DNA of 64,000 nucleotides from the NCBI GenBank assembly GCA_002269645.1, contig NIVC01001999.1:1-64000 (forward strand), in the 5' to 3' direction. Shown here in pieces: positions 11,296 to 26,100 of the stretch. The notes beneath the pieces were generated by a model. The model ran no database searches. It had not been told where the DNA came from and was given only the letters and a program-made list of their open reading frames with translations. The DNA is from Macrostomum lignano. Taxonomy: Eukaryota. How positions within the stretch are numbered: the first letter of the stretch is position 1; each line of letters begins with the position of its first letter. Made by a program: the position numbers and the translations under genes.

Positions 11296-14200
11296 ATGCT
11301 TCGTCCCGACAGTTAATGCTTCGTCCCGACAGTAAAATTTGGCCATATCCCGACAGTTAATGCTTTTTCCCGACAGTTATATTCGGCCATATCCCGACAG
11401 TCATTGCTTCGTGCCGACAGTTAATGCTTCGTCCTGACAGTTAAATTCGGCCATATCCCGACAGTTAATGCTTCGTCCCGACAGTAAAATTCGGCCATAT
11501 CCCGACAGTTAATGCTTCGTCCCGACAGTAAAATTCGGCCATATCCCGACAGTTAATGCTTTGTCCCGACAGTTATATTCGGCCATATCCCGACAGTTAA
11601 TGCTTCGTCCCGACAGTTAATGCTTGTCCCGACAGTTAATGCTTCGTCCCGACAGTTAATGCTTTGTCCCGACAGTTAATGCTTGATCCCGACAGTTAAA
11701 TTCGGCCATATCCCGACAGTTAATGCTTCGTCCCGACAGTTAAATTCGGCCATATCCCGACAGTTAATGCTTCGTCCCGACAGTTAATGCTTCGTCCCGA
11801 CAGTTAAATTCGGCCATATCCCTACAGTTAATGCTTCGTCCCGACAGTTAATGCTTTGTCCCGACAGTTAATGCTTCGTCCCGACAGTTAATGCTTTGTC
11901 CCGACAGTTAATGCTTGATCCCGACAGTTAAATTCGGCCATATCCCGACAGTTAATGCTTCGTCCCGACAGTTAAATTCGGCCATATCCCGACAGTTAAT
12001 GCTTCGTCCCGACAGTTAATGCTTCGTCCCGACAGTTAAATTCGGCCATATCCCTACAGTTAATGCTTCGTCCCGACAGTTAATGCTTTGTCCCGACAGT
12101 TAATGCTTCGTCCCGACAGTTAATGCTTCGTCCCGACAGTTAATGCTTTGTTCCGACAGTTAATGCTTCATCCCGACAGTTAAATTCGGCCATATCCCGA
12201 CAGTTAATGCTTCGTTCCGACAGTTTATGCTTTGTCCCGACAGTTAATGCTTCGTCCCGACAGTTAAATTCGGCCATATCCCGACAGTTAATGCTTCGTC
12301 CCGACAGTTAATGCTTCGTCCCGACAGTTAATGCTTCGTCCCGACAGTAAAATTCGGCCATATCCCGACAGTTAATGCTTCGTCCCGACAGTTATATTCG
12401 GCCATATCCCGACAGTCATTGCTTCGTCCCGACAGTTAATGCTTCGTCCTGACAGTTAAATTCGGCCATATCCCGACAGTTAATGCTTCGTCCCGACAGT
12501 TAATGCTTCGTCCCGACAGTAAAATTCGGCCATATCCCGACAGTTAATGCTTTGTCCCGACAGTTATATTCGGCCATATCCCGACAGTTAATGATTCGTC
12601 CGACAGTTAATGCTTCGTCCTCCAGAGGCGCTGTCCCTCAGCCCTCTCACCAGCTCCGGAAGCTCCTCTTGCGCCTCTCGCGCAGAGACATCCGGGCTGC
12701 CACCATGACCCTCTCTGGTCACGGCTGCTTCTCCAGGCACCAGTACCTGCAGGGCAACGCCACCAACGCCACCTGTAGTTTCTGCAACTCAGGTGACGAA
12801 ACCGCTGAGCATTTCGTCAGCATCTGTCCCGCCTTCACGCGGGCCAGACTCACTTACCTCGGGCCACACACATCTATTACTGAAGCGTGCAAACCCGAAA
12901 ACTTTAATCAGCTCATGCGCTACCTTCGGGCCACCCGCAGGGCTGAACTCTCCTTTCCAGAGAGCACCATAGCTGCTGGCGACACTGGGGGACCTCCCTG
13001 GGCGGCGCCAACCCTCCGTCCATAGCGACGCGTCGGCCGTTCAGGGACTAGCGGAATGGGCGCCCGCGCCTTCCCGCTGTGTCCCCTCCGGGACAGCCCT
13101 GCAGCTAAGTCAAGTAAGTCAAGTAATGCTTCGTCCCGACAGTTAATGCTTTGTCCCGACAGTTAATGCTTTGTCCCGACAGTTAATGCTTCGTCCGACA
13201 GTTAATGCTTTGTCCCGACAGTTAATGCTTCGTCCCGACAGTTAAATTCGGCCATATCCCGACAGTTAATGCTTCGTCCCGACAGTTAATGCTTTGTCCC
13301 GACAGTTAATGCTTCATCCCGACAGTTAAATTCGGCCATATCCCGACAGTTAATGCTTCGTCCCGACAGTTAATGCTTCGTCCCGACAGTTAATGCTTCG
13401 TCCCGACAGTTAATGCTTCATCCCGGCAGTTAAATTCGGCCATATCCCGACAGTTAATGCTTCGTCCCGACAGTTAATGCTTTGTCCCGACAGTTAATGC
13501 TTTGTCCCGACAGTTAATGCTTCATCCCGGCAGTTAAATTCGGCCATATCCCGACAGTTAATGCTTCGTCCCGACAGTTTATGCTTTGTCCCGACAGTTA
13601 ATGCTTCGTCCCGACAGTTAAATTCGGCCATATCCCGACAGTTAATGCTTCGTCCCGACAGTTTATGCTTTGTCCGACAGTTAATGCTTCATCCCGACAG
13701 TTAAATTCGGCCATATCCCGACAGTTAATGCTTCGTCCCGACAGTTTATGCTTTGTCCCGACAGTTAATGCTTCGTCCCGACAGTTAAATTCGGCCATAT
13801 CCCGACAGTTAATGCTTCGTCCCGACAGTTAATGCTTCGTCCCGACAGTTAAATTCGGCCATATCCCTACAGTTAATGCTTCGTCCCGACAGTTAATGCT
13901 TTGTCCCGACAGTTAATGCTTCGTCCCGACAGTTAAATTCGGCCATATCCCGACAGTTAATGCTTCGTCCCGACAGTTTATGCTTTGTCCCGACAGTTAA
14001 TGCTTCATCCCGACAGTTAAATTCGGCCATATCCCGACAGTTAATGCTTCGTCCCGACAGTTTATGCTTTGTCCCGACAGTTAATGCTTCGTCCCGACAG
14101 TTAAATTCGGCCATATCCCGACAGTTAATGCTTCGTCCCGACAGTTAATGCTTCGTCCCGACAGTAAAATTCGGCCATATCCCGACAGTTAATGCTTCGT

Positions 14201-16445
14201 CCCGACAGTTTATGCTTCGTCCTGACAGTTAAATTCGGCCATATCCCGACAGTTAATGCTTCGTCCCGACAGTTAATGCTTCGTCCCGACAGTTAAATTC
14301 GGCCATATCCCTACAGTTAATGCTTCGTCCCGACAGTTAATGCTTTGTCCCGACAGTTAATGCTTCGTCCCGACAGTTAATGCTTTGTCCCGACAGTTAA
14401 TGCTTGATCCCGACAGTTAAATTCGGCCATATCCCGACAGTTAATGCTTCGTCCCGACAGTTAAATTCGGCCATATCCCGACAGTTAATGTTTCGTCCCG
14501 ACAGTTAATGCTTCGTCCCGACAGTTAAATTCGGCCATATCCCTACAGTTAATGCTTCGTCCCGACAGTTAATGCTTCGTCCCGACAGTTAAATTCGGCC
14601 ATATCCCGACAGTTAATGCTTTGTCCCGACAGTTAATGCTTCGTCCCGACAGTTAAATTCGGCCATATCCCGACAGTTAATGCTTCGTCCCGACAGTTAA
14701 TGCTTCGTCCCGACAGTAAAATTCGGCCATATCCCGACAGTTAATGCTTCGTCCCGACAGTTAATGCTTCGTCCCGACAGTTAATGCTTCGTCCCGACAG
14801 TTAATGCTTTGTCCCGACAGTTAATGCTTGATCCCGACAGTTAAATTCGGCCATATCCCGACAGTTAATGCTTCGTCCCGACAGTTTATGCTTTGTCCCG
14901 ACAGTTAATGCTTCGTCCCGACAGTTAAATTCGGCCATATCCCGACAGTTAATGCTTCGTCCCGACAGTTAATGCTTCGTCCCGACAGTTAATGCTTCGT
15001 CCCGACAGTAAAATTCGGCCATATCCCGACAGTTAATGCTTCGTCCCGACAGTTAATGCTTCGTCCTGACAGTTAAATTAGGCCATATCCCGACAGTTAA
15101 TGCTTCGTTCCGACAGTTAATGCTTCGTCCCGACAGTAAAATTCGGCCATATCCCGACAGTTAATGCTTTGTCCCGACAGTTATATTCGGCCATATCCCG
15201 ACAGTTAATGATTCGTCCCGACAGTTAATGCTTCGTCCTGACAGTTAAATTCGGCCATATCCCGACAGTTAATGCTTCGTCCCGACAGTTAATGCTTTGT
15301 CCCGACAGTTAATGCTTCATCCCGACAGTAAAATACGGCCATATCCCGACAGTTAATGCTTCGTCCCGACAGTTAATGCTTTGTCCCGACAGTTAATGCT
15401 TCGTCCCGACAGTTAAATTCGGCCATATCCCGACAGTTAATGCTTCGTCCCGACAGTTAATGCTTCGTCCCGACAGTAAAATTCGGCCATATCCCGACAG
15501 TTAATGCTTCGTCCCGACAGTTTATGCTTCGTCCTGACAGTTAAATTCGGCCATATCCCGACAATTAATGCTTCGTCCCGACAGTTAATGCTTCGTCCCG
15601 ACAGTTAAATTCGGCCATATTCCTACAGTTAATGCTTCGTCCCGACAGTTAATGCTTTGTCCCGACAGTTAATGCTTCGTCCCGACAGTTAATGCTTTGT
15701 CCCGACAGTTAATGCTTGATCCCGACAGTTAAATTCGGCCATATCCCGACAGTTAATGCTTCGTCCCGACAGTAAAATTCGGCCATATCCCGACAGTTAA
15801 TGCTTCGTCCCGACAGTTAATGCTTCGTCCCGACAGTTAAATTCGGCCATATCCCTACAGTTAATGCTTCGTCCCGACAGTTAATGCTTTGTCCGACAGT
15901 TAATGCTTCGTCCCGACAGTTAATGCTTCGTCCCGACAGTTAATGCTTCGTCCCGACAGTTTATGCTTTGTCCCGACAGTTAATGCTTCGTCCCGACAGT
16001 AAAATTCGGCCATATCCCGACAGTTAATGCTTTGTCCCGACAGTTATATTCGGCCATATCCCGACAGTTAATGATTCGTCCCGACAGTTAATGCTTCGTC
16101 CTGACAGTTAAATTCGGCCATATCCCGACAGTTAATGCTTCGTCCCGACAGTTAATGCTTTGTCCCGACAGTTAATGCTTCATCCCGACAGTTAAATTCG
16201 GCCATATCCCGACAGTTAATGCTTCGTCCCGACAGTTAATGCTTTGTCCCGACAGTTAATGCTTCATCCCGACAGTTAAATTCGGCCATATCCCGACAGT
16301 TAATGCTTCGTCCCGACAGTTAATGCTTTGTCCCGACAGTTAATGCTTCATCCCGACAGTTAAATTCGGCCATATCCCGACAGTTAATGCTTCGTCCCGA
16401 CAGTTTATGCTTTGTCCCGACAGTTAATGCTTCGTCCCGACAGTA
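11296..16445 (+). repeat. Composite satellite of 20-bp (cccgacagttaatgcttcgt) and 24-bp (cccgacagttaaattcggccatat) units
   Basis: About 5 kb of interspersed units sharing a 12-bp head. Confidence 0.95.
12621..13123 (+). mobile_element. 5'-truncated 503-bp copy of the LOA-like non-LTR element
   Basis: Matches the reverse complement of 22446-22948 (same length, identical translation). Tail (taagtcaag)2. TSD taatgcttcgtcc at 12608-12620 and 13124-13136. Confidence 0.93.
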
Positions 16446-17121
16446 GTTGAATTCGGCCTTCTTGCAGCTAATATCTCGTACTGTTAAAACATTTTATTAT
16501 GTTGCGTTTTATGTTTAACAAGAACTGTTAAAGCTTTATATTTTTCATGCACTCTTCTAGACTTCAGCAGTTAATTTGAAGGTGGAGTCATTGAAAAATG
16601 TTTTTTTATGGTATATTAGTGTTGAAATTAAAGTCCTCATCAACGATAAGCTGCATTTTATGATACGTAAATGTGTTCTGAAATAATTGTTTTTTATGAA
16701 TACGAAATAATAAAAAACAAAACTAATTTGTTTGTAATAGTAATTTTTAGCAAAAAAATGGAAAATCTAGTTGCTGTAAACTTTGTTTTAGTACACTAAA
16801 ATATCGGTCGGAATATCGATAGGAATATCGATCGGAATATCGGTCGGTAAATGTTATACACGTGCGAACGACCCGCCGGCGCATGCATTGAGAGCGCGAG
16901 CAATTGACTTAGGAGACTCTCGCTGAGCACCTAATTTATACTATTCTGTCTCTAAAGTCATTAACCTAAACTATCAAACTAAAACTTTTCTTGGAGCTCC
17001 TATACTGTGCCCCATTATAAAGTAAACCATTTTTATAACTTCTTACAAACTGTCGACTGACTGTACTGTAGGTAGATTGAACAGTAGACTTAGCTAATCA
17101 CATTTTGCTTTTAAAAAAGGA

Positions 17122-20100
17122 ATGAGTGTCGTTCAAAAGATAGCAGAAATTGAAGCCGAGGTGAGTAATAATTTTGATGAATCAAAGACGTTTTGTGAAT
17201 ATTTATACAAGCTAGTGTCTTAGAAGTGATCAAAATTGTGTTTCACTTTTTACTAGGCTTAAGGCTGTCTCTAAGACAAGACCAATTCATAGGGGCTTAG
17301 AGCCTATTCTAAGTAGCAAAGGCTGCAACTGTTGTAAATTGAGTATATCATCAAAATGCTATTATTATTAAATTATGGGTTGGCAGTCATTTAGTCTGTT
17401 GCCAGTTTGTCTGCCATTCTTTTGTCTGCAAAAATACAATGCAATCATTTCGTCTACCACAGAATATTAAGATTAAGGTATGACGCCAGTATAAGGGGGC
17501 TGTAGCTGTAGCCCAGCAGTCTAGCGCAGGCTCTGGTGTGCTAGCAACCTAGGCTCGATTCCAAGTGCAATCATTAATTGGGTCTGAATTGGAATCTCGG
17601 CTTGGCTTTGCTCATGCAATTAACAGCCTTGAGAGCCAACCCCCCAAGGTGCAATGAAGTGTACATGGCCCATTCCATATAAGATAGACATATTTGGAAA
17701 ATAGAAAAGTCAATATTTTTGCTTGTCATTGCCTTATCAGCCAATTTTTTTACCAAATCTTTTTTGTATATAATGTATATATGTGCTAGGGGTGTTCCCG
17801 TAGGATACAAAATCCTACTGCTATAACCAAAGTTGTTGTAGGGCTTACTTCTGTCCTCCAACTATCCCACAGTTAAGCCACCAAAGTTGTGACAGGCCTT
17901 TCAGCTTTCTCTAGAAATTATCCTACTAATTGCCACCAACTGTGACAGGTGTATTTCTTCTTACTGAAATTTCTACTACTGACACTAAATTCTGCCTTAA
18001 TATTTTTAACTGTTTTCTTAGAATATTTTTCTGGGTAGCGTTCTCGTAGTATTTGGTCTGGTAGTGTTCTTACTAAGAATCTTAGTATATGGTCTGGTAG
18101 CGTTCTTAGTATATGGTCTGGTAGCATTCTTAGTATATAGCCTGAGTGGTCTTACTGGTATATGTACTTTCTCTCTCTAGTCTGGGCGTTACCGAGATTA
18201 AAGGGTCACAGTGATCACTTTTAATATTGCTTTTGCATGAACTCCCGATTTTTCTCTCTCTATTCTTTAGTACACTTTCTTTGTAACACTCTTAGAATCT
18301 CTTACTAGTACAATGAATAATGCTTCGAAGATCTGAGAACATGTATTATTGAACTAGCTATAACGATTTAATTTGCAAAAGCAAATGTTGACTTCTTCTT
18401 CCCTAAACTTCGCTCCTATTTATACTAATTGGGACAAGTATATTTAAACAAAAGGCTATTATTTGAGAATATTTAGAAAAGTAAAACAACATATAAAATT
18501 TTACGTGTACATTTGAAATAAAGCCTTTCTAGGAAACCCTACCACATATACAATCTAAGAATAAATAAATGATAAAATGTTGGATTAGTATGTTGTCAAT
18601 TGGCAAAGTTATTTTTGTAAAAAAATGGACATTTTCTAAGCAAAAGACATCATTAAGTTTATGTACCTTTTAAAAACAAATAGAAAGCTTTAAAAGGTTA
18701 AAACAAACTATATATAAAATTATAGTACTTGCATCATCAAATAAAAACATTAGCAACCATATAATCTATTAAATTTTTAATATATTAGTAATTCAAAGTT
18801 ACTGAATTGACAGAAAAAAAATGTTAGAACCATAAGGCTGCCTTTTCTTTTGTATCTTTTGTTGCCTTTTTGAGTTTATATATTCTAATAAAAGAGTATG
18901 ACTTCTAAGATGTTCTTAGTCAAATTAAAAAAAAATTATTGCAAAATATCAAAAATGAAAAATGTTATCAGACTTTTACCTTTTAGTTTCTTCTCTACCT
19001 TTTACCTGTTAGATATGTCAAAAATCCTGTTGTTACAACCATAAGTGCCATTCAAGGTTTAATAGCATCTATACTAATGATGATATCTATATGAAACTTT
19101 ATAAACATATTCTTGACAAAATAATCTTTCATTTAAAATATTGGTTTAGTATATTCTATTGTTAGATTTCATTTTATAAGTAAAAATAGTCTGTCATGTT
19201 ACAACCATAATTATATGGAATGGCCCACATGCTTAATGATAATATAAAACTGGGCTGCTGTACACCTGTGTGGGTATGTGCCTGCGTACGTATCTGCGTG
19301 CTTGTATGCCTGCTCAGGGGAGTCGGCAGAATGGGCAGTAATGCCTCTTGCCAGTTGTGTGCCTATGTCGCCTTAAAAAGTGAGGAAAAGACAAACAAGC
19401 AATTGTCTATGGTTGCTGAGTCTATGGAGCAAATACACATGGGAAGGAATCGGTTTGCGTGCAGTGTTCAGCCTGGCTAACATTAGTCTATGGCCAAAAC
19501 TTGTGTTGAAATCAACAGGCTCTTATGGATTCTTGTGCAGTCAGCTTTCATGGGAGAGTAAAAAAGAGTAAAAAACAATTGCTTGTTTGTCTTTTCCTCA
19601 CTTTTTTCCTCTAACCTTTATGTACATAACACCCCTATTGGAATAAATGTTGAAAACCCGCGGACGCGCGCTTTAGAATAGAGTCAAATTATTTTCCCGC
19701 GCTTTAGGATAATTAGAGATGTCCCGAAAGAACAGTTTCCTCGAAATCAAAATTCGTTAACTTTCCAAACTCAAAATTGAAATTTTCCGAAATCAAAACG
19801 CAGAAAAACAAAGTTTAGTATGACCAATACTCACTTTTTACATTCGATTTACTGCTTATGCAAAATGAAATACACGTAGATGTAGCAGAAATTACTGCTT
19901 TTTTAGCGATTTTTGACTTTTCGATTTTAGCTTCCAAATTTTGACTTCTAATTTTATTCGAAATTGAAATTTGCTCTTAATAAAAATTCTAATTTTGGAA
20001 AATTCAAATTGAAATTTCGGAACATCTCTAAGCTTTATAAATTATAAGTGTATAGGCCCCTTCCACAGAGGTATTAGATGACCCCTTTCCATGCATATGT

Positions 20101-23100
20101 ATTTGCTAGAGCAGCAGCCAGCAAGAAAAGGCAGCGCGCGCACGCCGCGCAGGCGCTGCGCGCCTGTGCGCGCGCCGCGCTTTAGAAAAATTTCAAAAGT
20201 GCGCCGGACGCCGTCCGCGGATTTACAACTTTTTCCTATAGGGCATAACACTGGCCTGTTCACACGCGCTCCTTCGAATAAACTTTTTCTTGACCACATC
20301 ATGGAGCTGAGATCCGCAGCTTTCATTTGAATCAAGTCACAATTGAAATGGACTGAAATTATGTCTGCTAGAAGACATCGTAGCAAGGGTTCCGGAACTT
20401 TTGATGGACAGTATAGCATTAGCTATGGTAATTAAAGGTGTGTGGCAACCCCCCTAGTCCTTGGACTAAATAGCCATATGCATCCTTCAGATGTGCTATA
20501 TAATAGCTGTGGCTAAGCTGTTGGTTGCAAATCTGCCTATTAAGGCATATGTAATCAAATTTTATTATTATTTGGCACATTAGCATGTCTAGGTTCAAAT
20601 GTCTATGGTAAATAAAAGGGCTAGATTTGTTTGGTATTACAGTTCATAGCTCAACTCAACAAAGATCTGTCCTTGGGCAGACTCTTCTGCCATGGCAACT
20701 ACCAGATGAAAATTTCATGCAAGAAATACAACCCAAACCGATCAACTCTGTTTAGATGGCCCGCACCCAGCGAAACAAGGCCACCATGGGTCACCTGGGC
20801 CTGCTGAAGGCTCGCCTGGCCAAGCTGAAACGCGAGCTCATCGAGCCCAAAGGCGGCGGCGGCGGCGGCACCGGCGAAGGCTTCGACGTGGCAAAAACTG
20901 GCGACGCCCGGGTCGGCTTTGTCGGCTTCCCGTCGGTCGGCAAATCGACGCTGTTGAGCAACCTGGCGGGTGTCTACTCCGAGGTGGCCGCCTACGAGTT
21001 TACGACCTTGACGACCGTGCCTGGGGTCATCAAGTACAAGGGCGCCAAGATCCAGCTGCTCGACCTGCCCGGCATCATCGAGGGCGCCAAGGACGGCAAA
21101 GGACGGGGCAAACAGGTCGGTTTTGGGGCCTGGAGAATCAGGGGAACTGTAGCAGCTGGGTGGCTGAAGAATCAGGGGAACTGTAGCAGCTGGGTGGCTG
21201 AAGAATCAGGGGATCTGTAGCAGCTGGGTGGCTGAAGAATCAGGGGAACTGTAGCAGCTGGGTGCCTGAAGAATCAGGGGAACTGTAGCAGCTGGGTGGC
21301 TGAAGAATCAGGGGATCTGTAGCAGCTGGGTGGCTGAAGAATCAGGGGATCTGTAGCAGCTGGGTGCCTGAAGAATCAGGGGAACTGTAGCAGCTGGGTG
21401 GCTGAAGAATCAGGGGATCTGTAGCAGCTGGGTGGCTGAAGAATCAGGGGATCTGTAGCAGCTGGGTGGCTGAAGAATCAGGGGATCTGTAGCAGCTGGG
21501 TGGCTGAAGAATCAGGGGATCTGTAGCAGCTGGGTGCCTGAAGAATCAGGGGAACTGTAGCAGCTGGGTGGCTGAAGAATCAGGGGATCTGTAGCAGCTG
21601 GGTGGCTGAAGAATCAGGGGATCTGTAGCAGCTGGGTGCCTGAAGAATCAGGGGATCTGTAGCAGCTGGGTGCCTGAAGAATCAGGGGATCTGTAGCAGC
21701 TGGGTGGCTGAAGAATCAGGGGATCTGTAGCAGCTGGGTGGCTGAAGAATCAGGGGATCTGTAGCAGCTGGGTGCCTGAAGAATCAGGGGATCTGTAGCA
21801 GCTGGGTGGCTGAAGAATCAGGGGAACTGTAGCAGCTGGGTGGCTGAAGAATCAGGGGATGGATATATTAATAATCAGGTTGAACTCCGCCCTTTGTGTC
21901 GCCCAGGTGATTGCGGTGGCGCGCACCTGCTCATTGATTCTAATCGTGCTGGACGTGCTGAAGCCGCTGCAGCACAAGCGTCTCATTGAGCACGAAGTGG
22001 AGGGCTTTGGCATCCGGCTGAACAAGCAGCCGCCCAACATCGGCTTCAAGCGGAAGGACAAGGGCGGCATCAACTTGCAGTGCCTGGTGCCGCAGTCCGA
22101 GCTCGATGGCGACGTTGTCAAGGGCATTCTGAATGAGTACAAAATTCACAATGCCGATATCACGCTGAGGTGAGGCGTTTTCTGTTTCATTTCTGACTGT
22201 GGTCAGATTTTAGGTGAGATTGTAGATGAGATTTTAGGTGAGATTGTAGATGAGATTTTAGGTGAGATTGTAGATGAGATTTTAGGTGAGATTGTAGATG
22301 AGATTTTAGATGAGATTTTAGGGGAGATTGTAGGTGAGATTGTAGATGAGATTTTAGGTGAGATTGTAGATGAGATTTTAGGGGAGATTGTAGATGAGAT
22401 TTTAGGTGAGATTGTAGGTGAGATTTCAGGTGAAATTTCAGGTGACTTGACTTACTTGACTTAGCTGCAGGGCTGTCCCGGAGGGGACACAGCGGGAAGG
22501 CGCGGGCGCCCATTCCGCTAGTCCCTGAACGGCCGACGCGTCGCTATGGACGGAGGGTTGGCGCCGCCCAGGGAGGTCCCCCAGTGTCGCCAGCAGCTAT
22601 GGTGCTCTCTGGAAAGGAGAGTTCAGCCCTGCGGGTGGCCCGAAGGTAGCGCATGAGCTGATTAAAGTTTTCGGGTTTGCACGCTTCAGTAATAGATGTG
22701 TGTGGCCCGAGGTAAGTGAGTCTGGCCCGCGTGAAGGCGGGACAGATGCTGACGAAATGCTCAGCGGTTTCGTCACCTGAGTTGCAGAAACTACAGGTGG
22801 CGTTGGTGGCGTTGCCCTGCAGGTACTGGTGCCTGGAGAAGCAGCCGTGACCAGAGAGGGTCATGGTGGCAGCCCGGATGTCTCTGCGCGAGAGGCGCAA
22901 GAGGAGCTTCCGGAGCTGGTGAGAGGGCTGAGGGACAGCGCCTCTGGATTGCCTGCAGTTCGTGCGGTTCGCCCAAGTCGAGCGGTGCTGAGTCCTGATC
23001 CACGCTTTGATGCGTGAGTCGATGACACAGCCAGGAATCGGGACAAGAGGTTCGGGGCCGAGAGAGGAGCCGGAGGCACCAACTTTTGCAAGGGTGTCAG

Positions 23101-26100
23101 CCAACTCATTTCCTCGGATCCCCACATGCCCCGGAACCCACTTAAGGGTAATTTTGTTGGCGGAACCCAACACATTGAGGAGTTTGATACAGTCAAGGAC
23201 TGTAGCAGAGTTGGTGCTGCAGCCACTGATGGCGTGCAAGGCAGCTTGGCTGTCCGAATGGAAAATGATGTTCTTACCAGTAACGCCAGTGGCGAGAAGC
23301 TCTGCAGTGCAGGAGCTGATGGCCAGAACTTCATTTTGGAAAACACTGGAGTTGACCCCAGTGTATTGAGCGTGGGTAGCGATGACCCTCCCGTTCAGAA
23401 AGATTCCAACACCAAAGCCGGTGTTGGCTGACTGCTTAGAACCGTCGGTGTAGCAATGAAGCTCACCAGGGTTCCAATGGTCATTGATGTTATCGCGCGA
23501 GTCGATAGCTACGGAGTAGCGCTGTCTCAGGTTGAGCGTTGAGGCAATGCCATCGGTGAAGACGCGATTGGCCTGACACTCGTTGAGAAAGTTGAGGCAC
23601 AGATCGCTATGCGGGACAAGGTTCCGCTTAGCAGGTGCTCTCATGTAAATGAATTTGACGCCGGCATCAATTAGACGCCGCGTCGTTCTAGCCGCCTCAC
23701 CCCTGATGAAGAGGTCAAGAGGCGGAAGATTAAGGAAGGCCCCCATGCCAGCAAAGGGCGTGGACCTGGTGGCGTTGCAGATGAGCCTACACGCTCTGCC
23801 TTGGATCGTGTTGAGCAGGTCTGCATGGCTTTTGACCTGGGTAGCGCTAACCCAGACAACAGAGGCGTACGTAATGGCAGGTCTAACTACGGAAGTATAG
23901 ATCCACCAAAGCCGCTTTGGGGATAGACCCCAAGAAGTGCCAAGTGCTCGTCGGAGCTGGGCCAGGATGGCTGAGGCACGCTTGGCTTTTGCTTTCACGT
24001 GGAAGGACCAGTTGAGCCGGTGGTCAAGTGTGACCCCGAGACATCTGGTCTGGTGCGCGAAGGCAATATCTCTGCCGTAGAGCTGCAGAGGACGTATGTT
24101 CCAGCGTAGTCTGCTGGTAAACATAATGGCAACGGTTTTGGGCTCAGAGAGTTCCAGACCATTGTCATTGGCCCAGGATTCTGCTTTGCGGATAAAGCTC
24201 TGCATCAGATCCCTGAGCGTGCTGGGAGACGGTCCTGCCACAATGGCCGTGACGTCATCAGCATACCCGACTTTGAAGACGGGGTCGGGTCGGGAGTCAC
24301 TCAAAAGAGCGTCCATGACCAGGTTCCAGAGCGTCGGGGTGAGGACTCCGCCTTGGGGTCCACCCTTACAGACTCTGGTGGAGGCAGTTTGCCCAAGAAG
24401 TTGGGCAGTGACCGTACGGTTGGAGATCATGTACATGATCCACCGTATGAGGGTAGCATGAGCTTTGCGATTTTGAAGGGCCCTCTGAAACGCTTCAAAG
24501 ATAACGTTGTCGAAGGCGCCAACAATGTCAAGAAAGAGAGCCAGAGCGTAACCGTCACCCAGTACCGCCCTTTCAATCTTCTCGACAATCGCATGCAGGG
24601 CGCTGTCAGTCGACCTCCCGGTGCGGAAGGCGTGCTGATTATTGCTGAGGGGCATCGCTGTCAGCTCGCAGGACAGCAGCCGCCAGAGAATAAGCCTCTC
24701 AGTGAGCTTAAGCATTGCTGACGTTAAGCTAATAGGCCGGAAGGCCTTGACGCTTTGGTAGTCACCCTTCCCAGGTTTGGGAATAAAGACTACCCGAGCT
24801 TCAGTCCAGCATTTGGGAACGTATCCCAGCTGGATAGAGGCCCGCATGAGATTGCGGGTGAGTCTCAGGAACGAGGGTATCTTGGCTGCTTCACGAAGGA
24901 GAACAGGGTAGATACCATCAGGTCCAGGAGATTTGAAGGGTTTGAAGGTTCTGACCGCACGAGCGATTAGGTCTTCAGTGACAATGCCCGCCGCTAGGGT
25001 GGCTCCATCCATCGAATGGTTGGGCTCCGGTCTAGCAGTAGGTACCCTCGGGAAGAATGTGCTAAGCATATGCTGAAGCACTTCTTCAGGGTCTTTAGTA
25101 AGAGAGCCATCATCTTTTTTGATCATGGCTAATTTGGACATTTTGTCCATTGTAAGGGCCTTGACAAGCCTAGAAGTAGGTCTGTCTTGATCCAATTCAT
25201 TGCAGAATTGGCGCCACTTACATTCCTTGGCCTTGCGCACTTCAGATTTGAAATTGCGGGAGGCTTGCCGGAAAAGCTCCATGTCCTCCGGGTTTCCGGT
25301 CTTCATGGCACGGCGATGAAGGCTTTTGGCCTTCCGCCTGAGTTTCCCCAGCTCCGGGTTCCACCACGGCGCCGAGGTCTTGCCTTTGTAGGCGCGAGCA
25401 GGACAAGCCGCTTCGTAGGCTTCAATAATGCAACCTGTCAGCGTCTCAGCCATATGATCCACATCCTCGCAGGTCTCAATCGGACGTAAGTCCGTGAGTT
25501 CCTGCAGGTGCAGATCAAGGGCAGCCTTGTAGGCCGCCCAATCAGTGTTGCGGATATTGCGTCTCCAAGTGATCGGAGACTGGGTTTTAGTGTCCGCGAT
25601 GTTAAAGGCGATAAAGCAGTGGTCAGACAGGGAGGGCTCCTCAGACCAGACTCTCCACTCCTCAACTCTGTCAAAGAGTCTTGGGGTAACGAGTGTGGCG
25701 TCGAGGACCTCGGTCCATCTGCCATTATTAAAGGTAGGAGTGCTGCCGCGGTTGCAGAGCATGAGGTTTGTGTTAGAGATGAGGGCCAGAAGCTCCTCTC
25801 CTCTAGTGTTGGTATCTTTGCTGCCCCAGTGCTTGTGGTGCGCGTTGAGGTCGCCCCCTAAGCACAGCTCAGCGTTCTGGGACTCGCAGTACTGCGCGAG
25901 GCGCAGTAAACTCTCAGGAGCAGGGTCTCTGTCGCCTGGGATATAAACCGAGGCAACAAGACACGTACGCGGAGAGAAATGATTAGATTGGATGACACAA
26001 AGGTCTCCATCAGAGAGATCAGTCCTCAGCCAAGCCTGGAGATGGCTAGCAGCGAGGATAGCCGCTCTAGGGCGGCTGTTCCCCGGGCCACACACATAAA

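Noticed and set aside
11296-16445. CRISPR-like constant repeat with variable spacer
   Set aside because: The 'spacers' are two recurring variants, not unique sequences; the context is eukaryotic and there are no cas genes.
16800-16875. Short inverted-looking repeats as the right arm of an element enclosing the 11.3-16.4 kb satellite
   Set aside because: Similarity is weak and the flanks show no TSD.
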